Assembly (NCBI GenBank): GCA_047967505.1
Contig: CM106538.1
From: Dipteris shenzhenensis
Lineage: Eukaryota
Reading direction: 5' to 3' (one strand)
Length of the DNA: 64,000 nt
Of this stretch, positions 48,501 through 61,860 are shown one piece after another. The notes beneath the pieces are model-generated. The model saw nothing but the letters and a program-made list of their open reading frames with translations, was not told where the DNA came from and did no database searches. A program made the position numbers and the translations under genes. Each line of letters opens with the position of its first letter. The stretch's first letter is position 1.

Positions 48501-51500
48501 GAGCATTTGTTTATGGTGCAGCACATGACCAATTCTGTGACAAGTGTAGAAGAAAGTAATGATGTGTGGTATGTTGACTCAGGTGCATCAAACAACATGA
48601 TAGGTCATGCAAAATGGATGCAGGATGCAAGGAAAATAGAAAGACCTGGATTTGTGGAGACTGGTGATGATACTGCACATCCCATTGTGCAAATTGGTAA
48701 AATTCCTTTGTCTATGCAGGATGGGAAAAAGAAATACCTGTTTGATGTATTTCATGTCCCGAATATCACCAAGAAAAATAATGGTCGCTTGATAGCAAAA
48801 GGAAAGAAGAAGGGCATGATGTTTACGTTGGATGTGGACATGCCTGAATTGAGTGTAGCAATGTTTGCACATGGGACCAGTGTAGTTGTAGATATTGATA
48901 TCTGGCATAAACGCATTGGTCATGTTAATGTACAGTGACTTAAATCAATGCAAGCCCAAAACATTGTTACAGGATTGCCTAAATTCAAGGTTGCAGAAAT
49001 GCATAAGGTATGTGAAGCCTGTCAATTTGGAAAATAGGCAAGGAAACCATTTCCTAGACATGTTCAAGAGAGTAAGAAGCCATTGGAATTAATCCAGTCT
49101 GATGTGTGAACTCCTAAAACTGCATCTATTGGAGGCTGTCATTATTTTATCACTTTTATTGATGACTATAGTAGAAAAGTTTGGGTGTATTTTATAAAAA
49201 AGAAAAGTGAAGTGTTTGGGCATTTCAAAGCTTTTAAACCTATGGTTGAAAAAGAAACAGGCCTGTAAATAAAATGCCTAAGGTCAGATGGAGGGGGAGA
49301 GTACCTCCCAAATGAGTTTGCAAGGCTCCTACAGAAGCATGGCATAAAGCAGCAATATTCATGCAGTCATACCCAACAGCAAAATGGACTTGCAGAAAGG
49401 AAAAACAAGCATATTGGAGAGGTATATTGGGCCATGGTAAATGAAAAAGACCTACCAGATTATTATTGGGCTGAAGCAATTGCTACAGTAGTTTACATAA
49501 TGAACAGGACTCCCACTATAGCAACACATGGCATGACGCCAGAGGAGATGTATATTGGTAGGAAACCGGATATTTCTCATTTGAAAATTTTTGGTTGCAT
49601 TGCCTATGTTCATGTGCCAGATGAGTTGAGGTCCAAGTTGGATCTAAAAGCTGAGAAGTGCATCTTTATTGGCTATTCTCTACAACAGAAAGGGTATAGA
49701 TGCTATAACCACTCTACTCGTAAGTTTACTTTGAGCAGAGATGCTATTTTTGATGAGATGAGCAGCTGGTATAAACCAGTAAATGTGATTGATGATATAG
49801 ATGCACAAAATGGTATTGCTGCATAGAACTCACAGCAGCAATTACAAAGTATTAGTGGACCTACAGTGTCCTCTAGCAGTGGTTCACATACTTCACCATG
49901 GACAGGCAGATTGAGATCATGAGAATCTCCTCAAAGCAATGTAGATAGTGGTATGCAGGTATCACAAAAAGGAAAAGAGAAGGTAGATCAACCCATGTTT
50001 GATGTGAATGCAGGTCACTCTTATGTGGATGGTGAATCAAGTGGCTCAGAATAGAGCATTGATGATGAGTTGGGTATTCCTTCTATTGTTACACCTAGAG
50101 TAAGGAAGACCAGGGATGTTTTGAGAGCACCTGGAAGTGAGCCTATTTTGCATAGGTCTACCAGAGCTAGGTATCCTGTGGATAGGCTAAAATATGATGG
50201 AATTACAACCATTCACTATGCATATATGGTCAAAGTAATACAGGAACCAAAACCCACTTCTTTTGAGCAAGCCATGGGAAAAGAAAAATGGGAGAAGCCA
50301 TGGATGAAGAAATGGATGCCTTGGAAGAAAATGCTACATGGGAATTGGTGCCTTTGCCTAAAGACAAGAATGGAATTGGCTATAAGTGGGTTTATAAGGT
50401 GAAGCACAATGTAGATGGTTTTGTGAGTAGATACAAGGCAAGATTAGTTGTCAAGGGGTATGCACAGACATATGGCATTGATTATGAAGAAACATTCAGT
50501 CCGGTTGCAAGGATGGCAACCGTAAGAGTAGTCATTGCTATGGCTGCATCAAAGGTCTTTGCATCAGATGGACGTAAAGAATGCCTTCTTGCATGGTGAT
50601 TTGCAAGAAGAGGTCTTTATGGAGCAGCCAGCAGGTTATGTTCATGCTGTTCATCCTGAGTTTGTTTGTCGGTTGAAGAAAGCCTTGTATGGCTTGAAGC
50701 AAGTAGCTAGAGCATGGTCTGACAAGATAGGACAATATCTTGTCACTATTGGCTTGAAGATTTCCAAGGCAGATTTCTCACTTTATGTGAGAAAAATAGA
50801 GAAAAGTATTATGTTGCTTGTCATTTATGTTGATGATTTGGTCATCACAGGTGATAGTGATGAAGATATCCTTCATGTGAAAATGCTATTGAAGCAGAAG
50901 TTTGAGATGAAGGATTTGGGAGAGTTGCGTTATTTCTTGGGCATTGAGGTGATTAGATCACCAAGTGGGATACAGCTCTTGTAGAGGCAGTATGGATTGG
51001 ACATGCTGTCCAAATATGGGATGATGGCTATAAGCCTATCTCAGTTCCTTTGGAGCAGAATGTGAAGCTGAGCGCAGATGCAGGTGAGCTTCTGGAAGAC
51101 CCTACTATGTACAGATGCATAGTAGGAAGTTTGATTTATATGACTATTACCAAGCCAGATTTGAGCTATGTTGTTGGATTGGTAAGTCAATTTATGTAGG
51201 CTCCAAGGAAACTGCATTTGGATGCGGCTAGACACATACTCAGGTATGTGAAGTCCACATTGCAGTATGGACTATTTTATGAGACTAGGGTTCAGACACA
51301 GTTGCATGGATACAATGATGCTGATTGGGCTAGTAGTATTTCTAATAGACGATCTACCAGTGGATATGTGCTCTTTTGGGAGTGCTGCAGTCACTTGGAA
51401 TAGCGAGAAATAGCCTACAGTTGCCTTGTGAAGCACAGAGGCTGAGTACAAGGGTGCAGCAATGGCTGCATGTGAGGTAGCTTGGTTGCATAAGCTACTT

Positions 51501-51715
51501 CATGATATGCATCAGTCTACAAATGGGCCAGTTGTTATTTATTGTGACAACATGAGCAGTATACACTTGGCAAATAACCCAGTCTATCATGCTAGAACAA
51601 AGCACATTGAGGTACATTATCACTGGAGAAGGTTTGACTAGGTGTTATTGATCTAGTTTATGTCAGCACAGAGGAACAGGTAGCTGACATATTCACGAAG
51701 GCATTGGGCGTAGAG
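45577..51715 (+). mobile_element. Ty1/copia family A copy 5 (chimeric: two gag regions, no 3' LTR)
   Basis: LTR 45577-45929, PBS 45930-45941, gag 46457-47389. The sequence jumps back to leader sequence at 47387, then a second gag-pol runs through RNase H and is truncated at ~51715. Confidence 0.92.
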
Positions 51716-51779
51716 TGGAGCCAGCATTTCTAGTCCTAAAGAGTGCAACACAATCACCTTATACGAGAAGGTAGACAAG

Positions 51780-52619
51780 ATTGGGATCACATTGCAGTGA
51801 GGGGTGATAGTAGAAATAGGCATGGTGAAAATGAGTGGAAGAGTAGTGGAGCGGATGAGCAAAGTAGAGCATGGGAGGAAGAGACCTGGAGGTTTGTGGC
51901 AAAATGCCAAATGCCAAATGCCACAGACCTTATATATTACAAAGTTTGACCCACCGTGGTGACTGGAGGCTTGGTATTTTATCCAAATAATCATGACTAC
52001 CACCAAGTTAATTAATCAAAATAAAAGGAGGGTGCCATCCAAATAATCATGAGACAATTTTAAGCAAAGTAGCCAAATGCCAAATGCCACAGACCTTATA
52101 TTAATCAAAGTTCGATCCACCAGGGATCATCTTCTTCTTCCCCCTTTTCACCAATAGGCCCGATGTGCCATCCAAATAACCATGAGCCATTTTAAACCAC
52201 CACCTTTATTAATCAAAATCTGAGGAGGGTTGGACATCCAAATTTAATCATGCTCCATATTAATTGTAGGCCACCGCAATGGCTGGTAATTGACTACTAG
52301 CTCAGTGGAATCTTAGGTTCCACCCTAGATGCCACCGCGCCACCAATGGTAGTGGTGGTAATTAATTACGATGTGGCTAGTAATCATGAAGGAGACTCCA
52401 CCATCTTGGTAATTAATCGATAATTAATTGTGGTAATTAATGGCACTCTATTCAGCATGCAAGCTTGGTGAGACTGGTAATTAACTGCATTCTACTAATC
52501 ATGAAGCTCGACGGTGGTAACTAACTTTAGATGCCACTGTCTTGGTAATTAACTGGTAATTAAGTGGTAATTAATGTGGTAATAAACTACACTCTATTGA
52601 GCATGCAAGCCCAAAGAGA
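51780..52619. repeat. Dispersed repeat homologous to 21.9-23.3 kb
   Basis: Shares aaaatgccaaatgcca..cttatatatta(c/t)aaagtttga..ccac(c/t)gtggtg and the ggtaattaac and gcatgcaagc motifs. Confidence 0.75.
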
Positions 52620-55600
52620 TGTTGAGATATCGAGCTCCACTCGTGATATGCCAAGGTGACCATTGTGCATTTATGTCACCGACTTGTTAGCTGCAGATGC
52701 CGTTGGTACACCACCCATGAATAATAGCTGGATGATAGCTATCCTTATCTACTCTAGTTCGTGGCTCAGTTAGTATGCCACCTTAGTTAGCTGAGTTTGG
52801 TTTGAGACCCACATATAGGGTTCTTCTATTTCTTTGTACTAGAGTTCTTTTGGCTTTCACAACTAAGAAGAGAAAAACTATTTTCAGCCTCCACCCTTGT
52901 GTGTATTCCCCCATTGTGTATGTGAGAAAGCCACAAGTGAGATTCCTTCCCTCTCTCCCACTATCTTCACATGGTATCAAAGCCTTGTTCGTGGTAAGGA
53001 GCTCAAGAAAGAAAACCAAGTTCACGGTATCATGGTAAGAGGACTAGTGTTGCTTTCCTTTTTTGAGTTTGGGAGCAAATCTCTACAGGTAGCATAACTG
53101 GAAGTGCAAGAGTGCACTATCTCAAATTGAGATGCCCTTCGACTTTTTCTGATTCGAGGCCATTTCAGGGCCCGTTTTGAAGGTGGAAGTTCTTCGCAGG
53201 CACTCAGAAAAAGGCCCTGTTTTTGCTGTGCAGGCCACTGCTCTGTAGGTCGGTGAAAAGTTGCCGTAGACATTGCATCGTATTCCTATGCACAAAGATA
53301 TTGGGAGTTGTAGAATCATCCTTGTTGCCTGTTGATGCGAAATCGTCACTAGGAAGTGACTGTGTGGTCAAATACCACTTTCATCAGTTTTGCAGATCTG
53401 ACCATGTGAGGCAAAAGCTGTGTTTTTTGCAGTGACAGAATATTTTGCAGTGTTTTGTAATGGCATCTAATTCTCTTTCATAGATTGTCACTGAAAAGTT
53501 TAAGCATGGAAGTTTAGAATGACGAATTTCCTTATGGGAAAAGGCTATTGGGAGTTCATTACAGGAAATGAAGAAGAACCAATTCTTCCTAATGTTCCCA
53601 ATCAACAGGAAATGCAGGCATTTAAAAGATGGCATGAGAGAGCCAGAAAAGTTATGTACTATTAGTATTTCAGATTCTATGATTGTGCATATTCAGGATG
53701 CAAGTATGCCAAAGCAGGCATGGGATACTTTGGCAAAAATGTTCAGCACAAATACACAAGCTAGGAAAATGTAGCTCAAGCAAGAGTTGCACAATGTGCA
53801 AAGAGAAAATATGAGCATCAATGACTACCACATGAAGGTGAAGAAAATTGCAGATGCACTTGCTTCCATTGGGTCGCTAGTGGAAGATGATGATTTAGTT
53901 TTTGTGACCTTGAATGGTCTAGGAAAGGATTATGCACAGTTCTGGACATCCATTGCCGTTCGTGAAAAATTTCCTGATTTTGAGGAGTTGTTTGCTCTTT
54001 TAATTTCTGAAGAGCAGAGAATGGTGGTGCATCTTCTTCAGGAGGAACTTCAAAAGAAACTGTCTTCTACTCAAATGCTGGAAGAGGTAGAGGCAGATGT
54101 AGAGGAGGTTGATCTAGAGGCCATGGTAGAAATTAGAATATGCAGCAAACTCAAGAAAACCAGTCCTTTAGAGGAGGACGTGGTAACTCTAGACGCAGGG
54201 GGAGCCAAAGAGGTCATGGTGGATGGCAAAGAGGCCAAAATGAAAACAGCAATGTTGAATGCTACTATTGTGGTAAAATGGGTCATATGGCTAAAGGCTG
54301 CTACAAAAATCAGAATGACATTATGACTGGAAAATTGCAGCAAGGCAATTATGCATCTTCTAGTAGACAGGGTGATGACAGAATGAGCATCCTTTTATGG
54401 TGCAACACATGACCAATTCTATGACAAGTGCAGAAGAAAGCAATGATGTGTGGTATGTTGACTCAGATGCATCAAACCACATGACAGGTCATGCAGAATG
54501 GATTGCAAGGAAAATGGAAAGACCAAGATTTGTGGAGACTGGTGATGATAGTGCACATCTTATTGTGCAGATTGGTAAAATTCCTTTGTCTATGTAGGAT
54601 GGGAAAAAGAAATACCTGTCTGATGTATTTCATGTCCCGAACATCACCAAGAACCTGGTTTCTATTGGTCAAATGGTTGAGCAGGGCTTGCAGGTCAGAT
54701 TTAATCCTCATGGATGCTTTGTTGAGGATATGAAAAATAATGGTTGCTTGATAGCAAAAGCAAAGAAGAAGGGCAGGATGTTTATGTTGGATGCAGACAT
54801 GCCTGAATTGAGTGCAGCAATGTTTGCACATGGGACTAGTGTAGTTGCAGATATTGATATCTGGCATAAACGCATTGGTCATGTTAATGTACAGTGACTT
54901 AAATCAATGTAGGCCCAAAATATTGTTGCAGGATAGCCTAAATTCAAGGTTGCAGAAATGCATAAGGTATGTGAAGCCTGTCAATTTGGAAAATAGGCAA
55001 GGAAACCATTTCCTAGGCATGTTCAAGAGAGTAAGAAGCCGAAAGTTTGGGTGTATTTTATGAAAAAGAAAAGTGAAGTGTTTGGGCACTTCAAAGCTTT
55101 TAAAGCTATGGTTGAAAAAGAAAAAGGATTGCAAATAAAATGCCTAAGGTCAAATGGAGGGGGAGAGTACCTCTCGAATGAGTTTGCAAGGTTCCTACAG
55201 GAGCATGGCATAAAGCAGCAATATTCATGCAATCATACCCCACAATAAAATGGACTTGCAGAAAGGAAAAACAGGCATATTGGAGAGGTATCTTAGGCCA
55301 TGCTAAATGAAAAAGACCTTCCAGATTATTATTGGGCTGAAGTAGTTGCTACAGTAGTTTACATAATGAACAGGACTCCCACTGCAGTGATACATGGCAT
55401 GACGCCAGAGGAGATGTATATTGGCAGGAAACCAGATATTTCTCATTTGAAAATTTGTGGTTGCATTGCCTATGTTCATGTGCCAGATGAGTTGAGGTCC
55501 AAGTTGGATCCAAAAGCTGAGAAGTGCATCTTTATTGGTTATTCTCTGCAGCAGAAAGAGTATAGATGCTATAACCCTTCTATTCATAAGTTTAAAGTGA

Positions 55601-57960
55601 GCAGAGATGTTGTTTTTGATGAGATGAGCAGCTAGTATAAACTAGTAAATGTGATGATTGATGTAGATGCAAAAAATGGTAATCTTGCACAGAATTCACA
55701 ACAGCAATCACAAAATATTAGTGGACCTGTAGTGTCCTCTAGCAGTGGTTCACATACTTCGCCATGGACAGGCATATTGAGATCAGGAGAATCTCCTCAA
55801 AGCAATCCAGATAGTGGTATGCAAGTATCACAAAAAGGAAAAGAGAAGGTAGATCAGCCCATGTTTGATGTGAATGCTAGTCACTCTTATGTGGATGGTG
55901 AATCCAGTGGCTCAAAACAGAGCATTGATGATGAGTTGGGTATTCCTTCTATTGTTACACCTGGAGTAAGGATGACCAGGGATGTTTTGAGAGCACCTAG
56001 AAGTGAGCCTATTTTGCATAGGTCTACCGGAGCTAGATATCCTATGGATAGGTTGAAATATGATGGATTTACAGCCATTCACTATGCCTATATGGTCAAA
56101 GTGATACAGGAACCAGAACCCACTTCTTTTGAGCAAGCCATGGGAAAAGAAAAATGGGAGAAAGCCATGGATGAAGAAATGGATGCCTTGGAAGCAAATG
56201 CTACATGGGAATTGGTGCCTTTGCCTAAAGACAAGAATGCAATTGGCTATAAGTGGGTTTATAAGGTGAAGCACAATGCAGATGGTTTTGTGAATAGATA
56301 CAAGGCAAGGTTAGTTGTCAAGGGGTATGCACAGACATATGGCATTGATTATGAGGAAACATTCAGTCCGGTTGCAAGGATGGCAACCGTAAGAGCAGTC
56401 ATTGCTATGGTTGCATCAAAGGGATGGTCTTTACATCATATGGATGTAAAGAATGCCTTCTTGCATGGTGATTTGCAAGAAGAGGTCTTTATGGAGTAGC
56501 CACCAGGTTATGTTCATGCTGTTCATCCTGAGTTTGTTTGCAGGTTGAAGAAAGCCTTGTATGGCTTGAAGCAAGCGCCTAGAGCATGGTCTGACAAGAT
56601 AGGATAGTATCTTGTCACTATTGGCTTTCAGATTTCCAAGGCAGATTTCTCACTTTATGTGAGAAAAACAGAGAAAGGTATTATGCTGCTTGTCATATAT
56701 GTTGATGATTTGATCATCACAGGTGATAGTGATGAAGATATCCTTCATGTGAAAATGCTATTGAAGCAGAAGTTTGAGATGAAGGATTTGGGAGAGCTGC
56801 ATTATTTCTTGGGCATTGAGGCGATTAGATCACCAAGTGGGATACGGCTCTTGCAGAGGCAGTATGGATTGGACATGCTGTCCAAATATGGGATAACAGG
56901 CTGTAAGCCTATTTCAATTCCTTTGGAGCAGAATGTGAAGCTGAGCGCAGATGCAGGTGAGCTTCTGGAAGACCCTACTATGTACAGACGCATAGTAGGA
57001 ATTTTGATTTATATGACTATTACCAAGCCAGATTTGAGCTATGCTATTGGATTGGTAAGTCAGTTTATGCAGGCTCCAAGGAAACCACATTTGGATGCAG
57101 CTAGATGCATACTCAGGTATGTAAAGTCCACATTGCAGTATGGACTATTTTATGAGGCTGGGGTTCAGATACAGTTGCATGGATACACTGATGCTGATTG
57201 GGGGCTGGTAATATTTTTTATAGACAATCTACCAGTGGATATGTGTTCTCTTTTAGGAGTGCTGCAATCACTTGGAGCAGCAAGAAACAGCCTATAGTTG
57301 CCTTGTCAAGCACAGAGGCTGAGTACAGGGGTGCAGCAATGGTTGCATGTGAGGTAGCTTGGTTGCATAAGCTACTCTATGATATGCATGAGTCTACAGA
57401 TGGGCCACTTGTCATTTATTGTGACAACATGAGTAGTATACACTTGGCAAATAACCTAGTCTATCATGCTAGAACAAAGCACATTGAGGTGCATTATCAC
57501 TATGTGCGGGAGAAGGTTTTACTACGTCTTATTAATCTAGTTTATGTCAGCACAGAGGATCAGGTAGCTGACATATTCACAAAGGCATTGGGCATAGAGA
57601 AACTGCGTAAGTTCAGAGACCTGCTTGGTGTGCAGGAATTGGGATTTAGCTCGAGGGGGAGTGTTGAGATATCGAGTTCCACTCATGATATGCCAGGGTG
57701 ACCATTGTGCATTTATGTCACCGACTTGTTAGCTGCAGATGCGGTTGGTACACCGCCCATGAATAATAGCTGGATGATAGCTATCCTTATCTACTCTAGT
57801 TCGTGGCTCAGTTAGTATGCCAACTTCGTTAGCTGAGTTTGGTTTGAGACCCACATATAGGGTTCTTCTATTTCTTTGTACTAGAGTTCTTTTGGCTTGC
57901 ACAACTAAGAAGAGGAAAACTGTTTTCATCAGCCTCCACCCTTGTGTGTATTCCCCCATT
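52620..57960 (+). mobile_element. Ty1/copia family A copy 6 (3' LTR truncated)
   Basis: 5' LTR 52620-52971, PBS tggtatcaaagc, degenerate gag-pol and PPT. The 3' LTR runs 57662-57960 and lacks ~60 terminal bases. Confidence 0.94.
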
Positions 57961-60900
57961 AGTATTCCCCAACAAAATCAATTTCCATCTAGCCCGAATA
58001 TAGAATTGAAGCATCAAACCTGTATTCCTCACTGTAGCTTTTATCTTGAACCACACTTCCCTCACCTCAATACAAGAAAAAACAAGTGTTTAACAAATTC
58101 TATCATCCGCCCACAAAATGGGCACAATGGATTCATGGCAATTCATCTGGCCAATTTGACCAGTAGCAATACTTGCATTGACTTTTATAGAAGAAAACTC
58201 GCCCACCCAATCTTGCATTATTTCCACAACCCTTTCATCTTGGCAAACCATCACTTACCTCCCCTCCTTAATCTTAAGGTCCATAATGCTAGGTTAGGCA
58301 CACTCAATAGCCTCTTATACACTATTTTTGTAGTAAACTTATTGAGCGGGGTATGCCCCAGTACCCATTGATATGTCAGCCAGCTTTTAGAACTAACTAC
58401 ATTAGATGGCCTCTCCTCAGGGATCAAGCTAGACACCCTTTCTAATAGCTATACTTCTGGGGAATTTAAAGCAAACCTTACTTTGATTTCATGCAACGGG
58501 GTCTAGCCAACTCTCCTAGCATCTCAGAGATAACTCCATGATTGAATCCCATTGCATTGCAGCCCTCTGGCTCTTTGGATATCAAAAAAATGCAAGCTGA
58601 CAATTTTATCCTTCACTACCAACCCCCACCAAATGTTTTCAACAAGACTACCATGCCCCCTCAAGCCTTTTCTTCCTTTCCATGACACAAAAAGACAACA
58701 ATGTTTCCAAGCCACTACCAAGCCTACAATTAAATCAGACCCATGAATTTCTAGAGGACAAAAGGATACGGCCGTTTCATACCAAGACATATAGCTCCAC
58801 ATACCCACCACCTTGCCAGTACCTTGCCGAAGAACCATCTGGTGAGATCTACCCAGGGTATTTCAACCGCAAATAGCTTTGGGAGCCACTTACAAATCAA
58901 TGCCATATTTCTTAGCACCGTGTCTAGCAATCCTAGACCCCATGTAGCTTGGGAGCCTTTAGAACATCCTATGGAATATAATGGATTATTCTCCTTCCTC
59001 CTTCCTTGGCCCATAGAAATGCTCTAAGAAAACACTCAGTTTCAAGCCAATGTGACTTTTTGAAATTCCATACAGAAGCAATCTAAGTTGTGGTGTGGCT
59101 AATAGAACATGTTGCACTATTAGAAACCTTGCATTCCACCCAAGACATAGCCCCACTGCCCACTGCTTGAGTTTTTGTTCCATTTTCTCCACCCAATTAA
59201 ACCTCTGCCTCAATGAGACCCCCAAGCCAAGAGGAGACCCAAGATATTTGCTGAACTCACCCCTCCTTACCCATTGAATAGGTAAATCGTCCTCCCAATG
59301 AAACCAAGGAAAGGCTTCTACCATCCTGCAAAATGCATCACCAAAACCCAAGCGACTCAACACAACAGCATAAAATCCCATGTTACTCTATCATACGCCT
59401 TGTCTAGATCAATTCCAAACAGAACACATCTTTGACCCACTAAGCAAGCATAATCCAAAGCACTTGAAACGTAAAAATATTCTCGAAAATGTCTCTTGAT
59501 CTAATGAAGTCATTCTACTCTTTGTCGACTACTTGTGTACAAACATCTTGAATTATGAGACCCAACACCTTAGCTAACACTTTATAAGATGTGTTTAGCA
59601 TAGTTATAGGTCTCCAATCTCCCACCCACAAGCATTCTTGGCATTTTGGAAAGAGCTTAACTAACCCAACATTTACATCATTGGAGAGAAAACCCCTTTT
59701 CATAGCAAAGTTTGCCATGTCTACCAGATCACCTTTGAGTTCATCCCAAAATGCAACAAAGAACCCATCATGACCAGGAGATTTCTCCTTTTCCATAGCA
59801 GAAATAGCCTCCCAAAGTTCCTCCTCTGTGAACGGTCTTGGCCATGTATAGACCTCTAATACTCGGACACTCGCACCTGAACATCCTCCATCAACTCTCT
59901 TCCCACTAGAAATCACATAACCCTGTGTCACCCACAATGGCACTAAGGTCTGCCCAAAAAACTTCGGCTATGTGCCAAATTTTAGTACTTAACCAATCTA
60001 CTTTATTTATCAAGCACTCGATCCACTCTCTCCCTGATGTGCTTGTTCCTAACTGATTGAAAGAACACATTAGCAGTGTAATCACCCAGTGGTAGCTAGA
60101 GCTGTCTACTCTTTACTCGAGCGTCTTTACTCGAGCGGTCTTAGTCGCCTCCATCTCCCTAGCCTTCAACTCAACTTTAGTTTCTACCAATAACATCTCC
60201 AACACCTGATCCAGAGGACTTACACCTAAAGCATCCTTCAAAGCTAACCTGCCATGCTGTATCACCTCCTCCTCTATGTATTTGTGTATCTTTAGCTCCT
60301 TTGACCAATCTCTGGACACTTGCAAAAGTGCCCTGATAACTTTGTCTCACCTCGCACATGGTCTTCTACACCAGCCACAACTTCCCTCGAGGCACTATGT
60401 ATTTTCCTATAGAATGACTTAGACTTTAGCAAAGCATTATCAAATTTATATGGCACATCCAATTATCTATGCAAGTCAACTGGCAGAGAAAAGCACCAAT
60501 AGATAGGTAGATGATCTAACAATCCAGAAGATGAAACATAATTCCCACTGAAAGGTGCACAAAGCCACCACCCATCTTCAAAAACATAAAATCTATCTAT
60601 TCTACCCACTCTAAATTCATCACCATGACGACAATTGTTCCAAGAGAAACCTCCCAAACCTTTCTCATCCAACTTAGAACAGTCAATTAGACCCCAAGCA
60701 AGCACTAAATCCTGCCAAGCTTCTTTGTCTGCCCCAAAAATTCTTCTCCCATTATGTGATCTATCCCCAACAAGCTTTGTCATGTTCCAATGCCCCCGAA
60801 ACATCATTCTGACTCTACCAAAGCATCATTAATCTCCTTCCAACACTCAACACGCTCATACACACTTAGTCTTAGAACTCTAAAGACAAAAGACTCCACT

Positions 60901-61170
60901 GAGACTTCGACACCGACAAAACACTCATGACTCTAATGACAGACCTCCAAGGCTTTAACCATAACAGCAAAACCACCCCTTCCCCGACTCGGGCAATTGG
61001 CAAAGACAGAGCACCCAATCTGTTTACAAGTGAACCAAAGGCTGTTGCTTTCAGACATCCTACTTGTTTGACCTTGTCGCAGCATCCCCTTAGCTTCCAG
61101 GACATCACTAGTAACACATCTCGGACTCTACCTGTCTTGTGCAATGGATCGATATGCGTCCTTGAGAAAT
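57961..61170 (-). mobile_element. Decayed L1-clade LINE ORF2
   Basis: APE endonuclease (RIDRFYV, LDHLPI). RT (FTEEELWEAI...KSPGHDG, DWRPITMLNTSYKVLAKVL, IDLDKAYDRV), KYLGSPLG and GLGL motifs. Many stops and deletions. Confidence 0.88.
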
Positions 61171-61860
61171 GGAAATGATTTTCCTTTCCCAAACAACAAA
61201 ACAACTCTTGGAACTAAAACAATTCATGGTTAACCAAGACATGACACACGAACTCATTCTCCCACAATAATTCATGAGTCAATGCTAGACCAGATTTGGA
61301 TTAACAATCATTTAGAAAATTGTCTTTGTGGGACCAACTTTGCTGATTGGACCGACCATTCCCTTATTTACACATCGGTTGGCATACATTAACTTAGGGC
61401 AAGCCTAGTGAATGACATTCACCTTGTTTTCTTTTTCAGAAAAGGTTAACACGAGTATTCATGAAAAAACCTACGTTTAGGTGACGTGAAGGAAAAATAT
61501 TTGGAGGTCTCAAAATCCTGAACTTTTTTCGCAAATATAGTTATAACTTGTGTGGAAACCTGTGATTTCTATCTCCAATTTTATGAGTTTGGAAGTTTTC
61601 CAAATTTTCCACAAAATTAAAAATCAATGTGAAGAGTCCTGATATATTCAGGCCCCAGCATCTCGACCTCGGGAATCCCGGACGATACAATACTTCGAGT
61701 TGTCATTATCTTGAAAGGAACCTCCGCAGGCCAATTCGATCAAATACGATGCTAATTCGAAGGCTGTTGGCATTAACTAGTAAAGAATCAGAACAGCATT
61801 TCTCTGCACAGACTCTCCCTTATATAATCCACAGCATATGTGCTGCGATTTATCGTGGAT

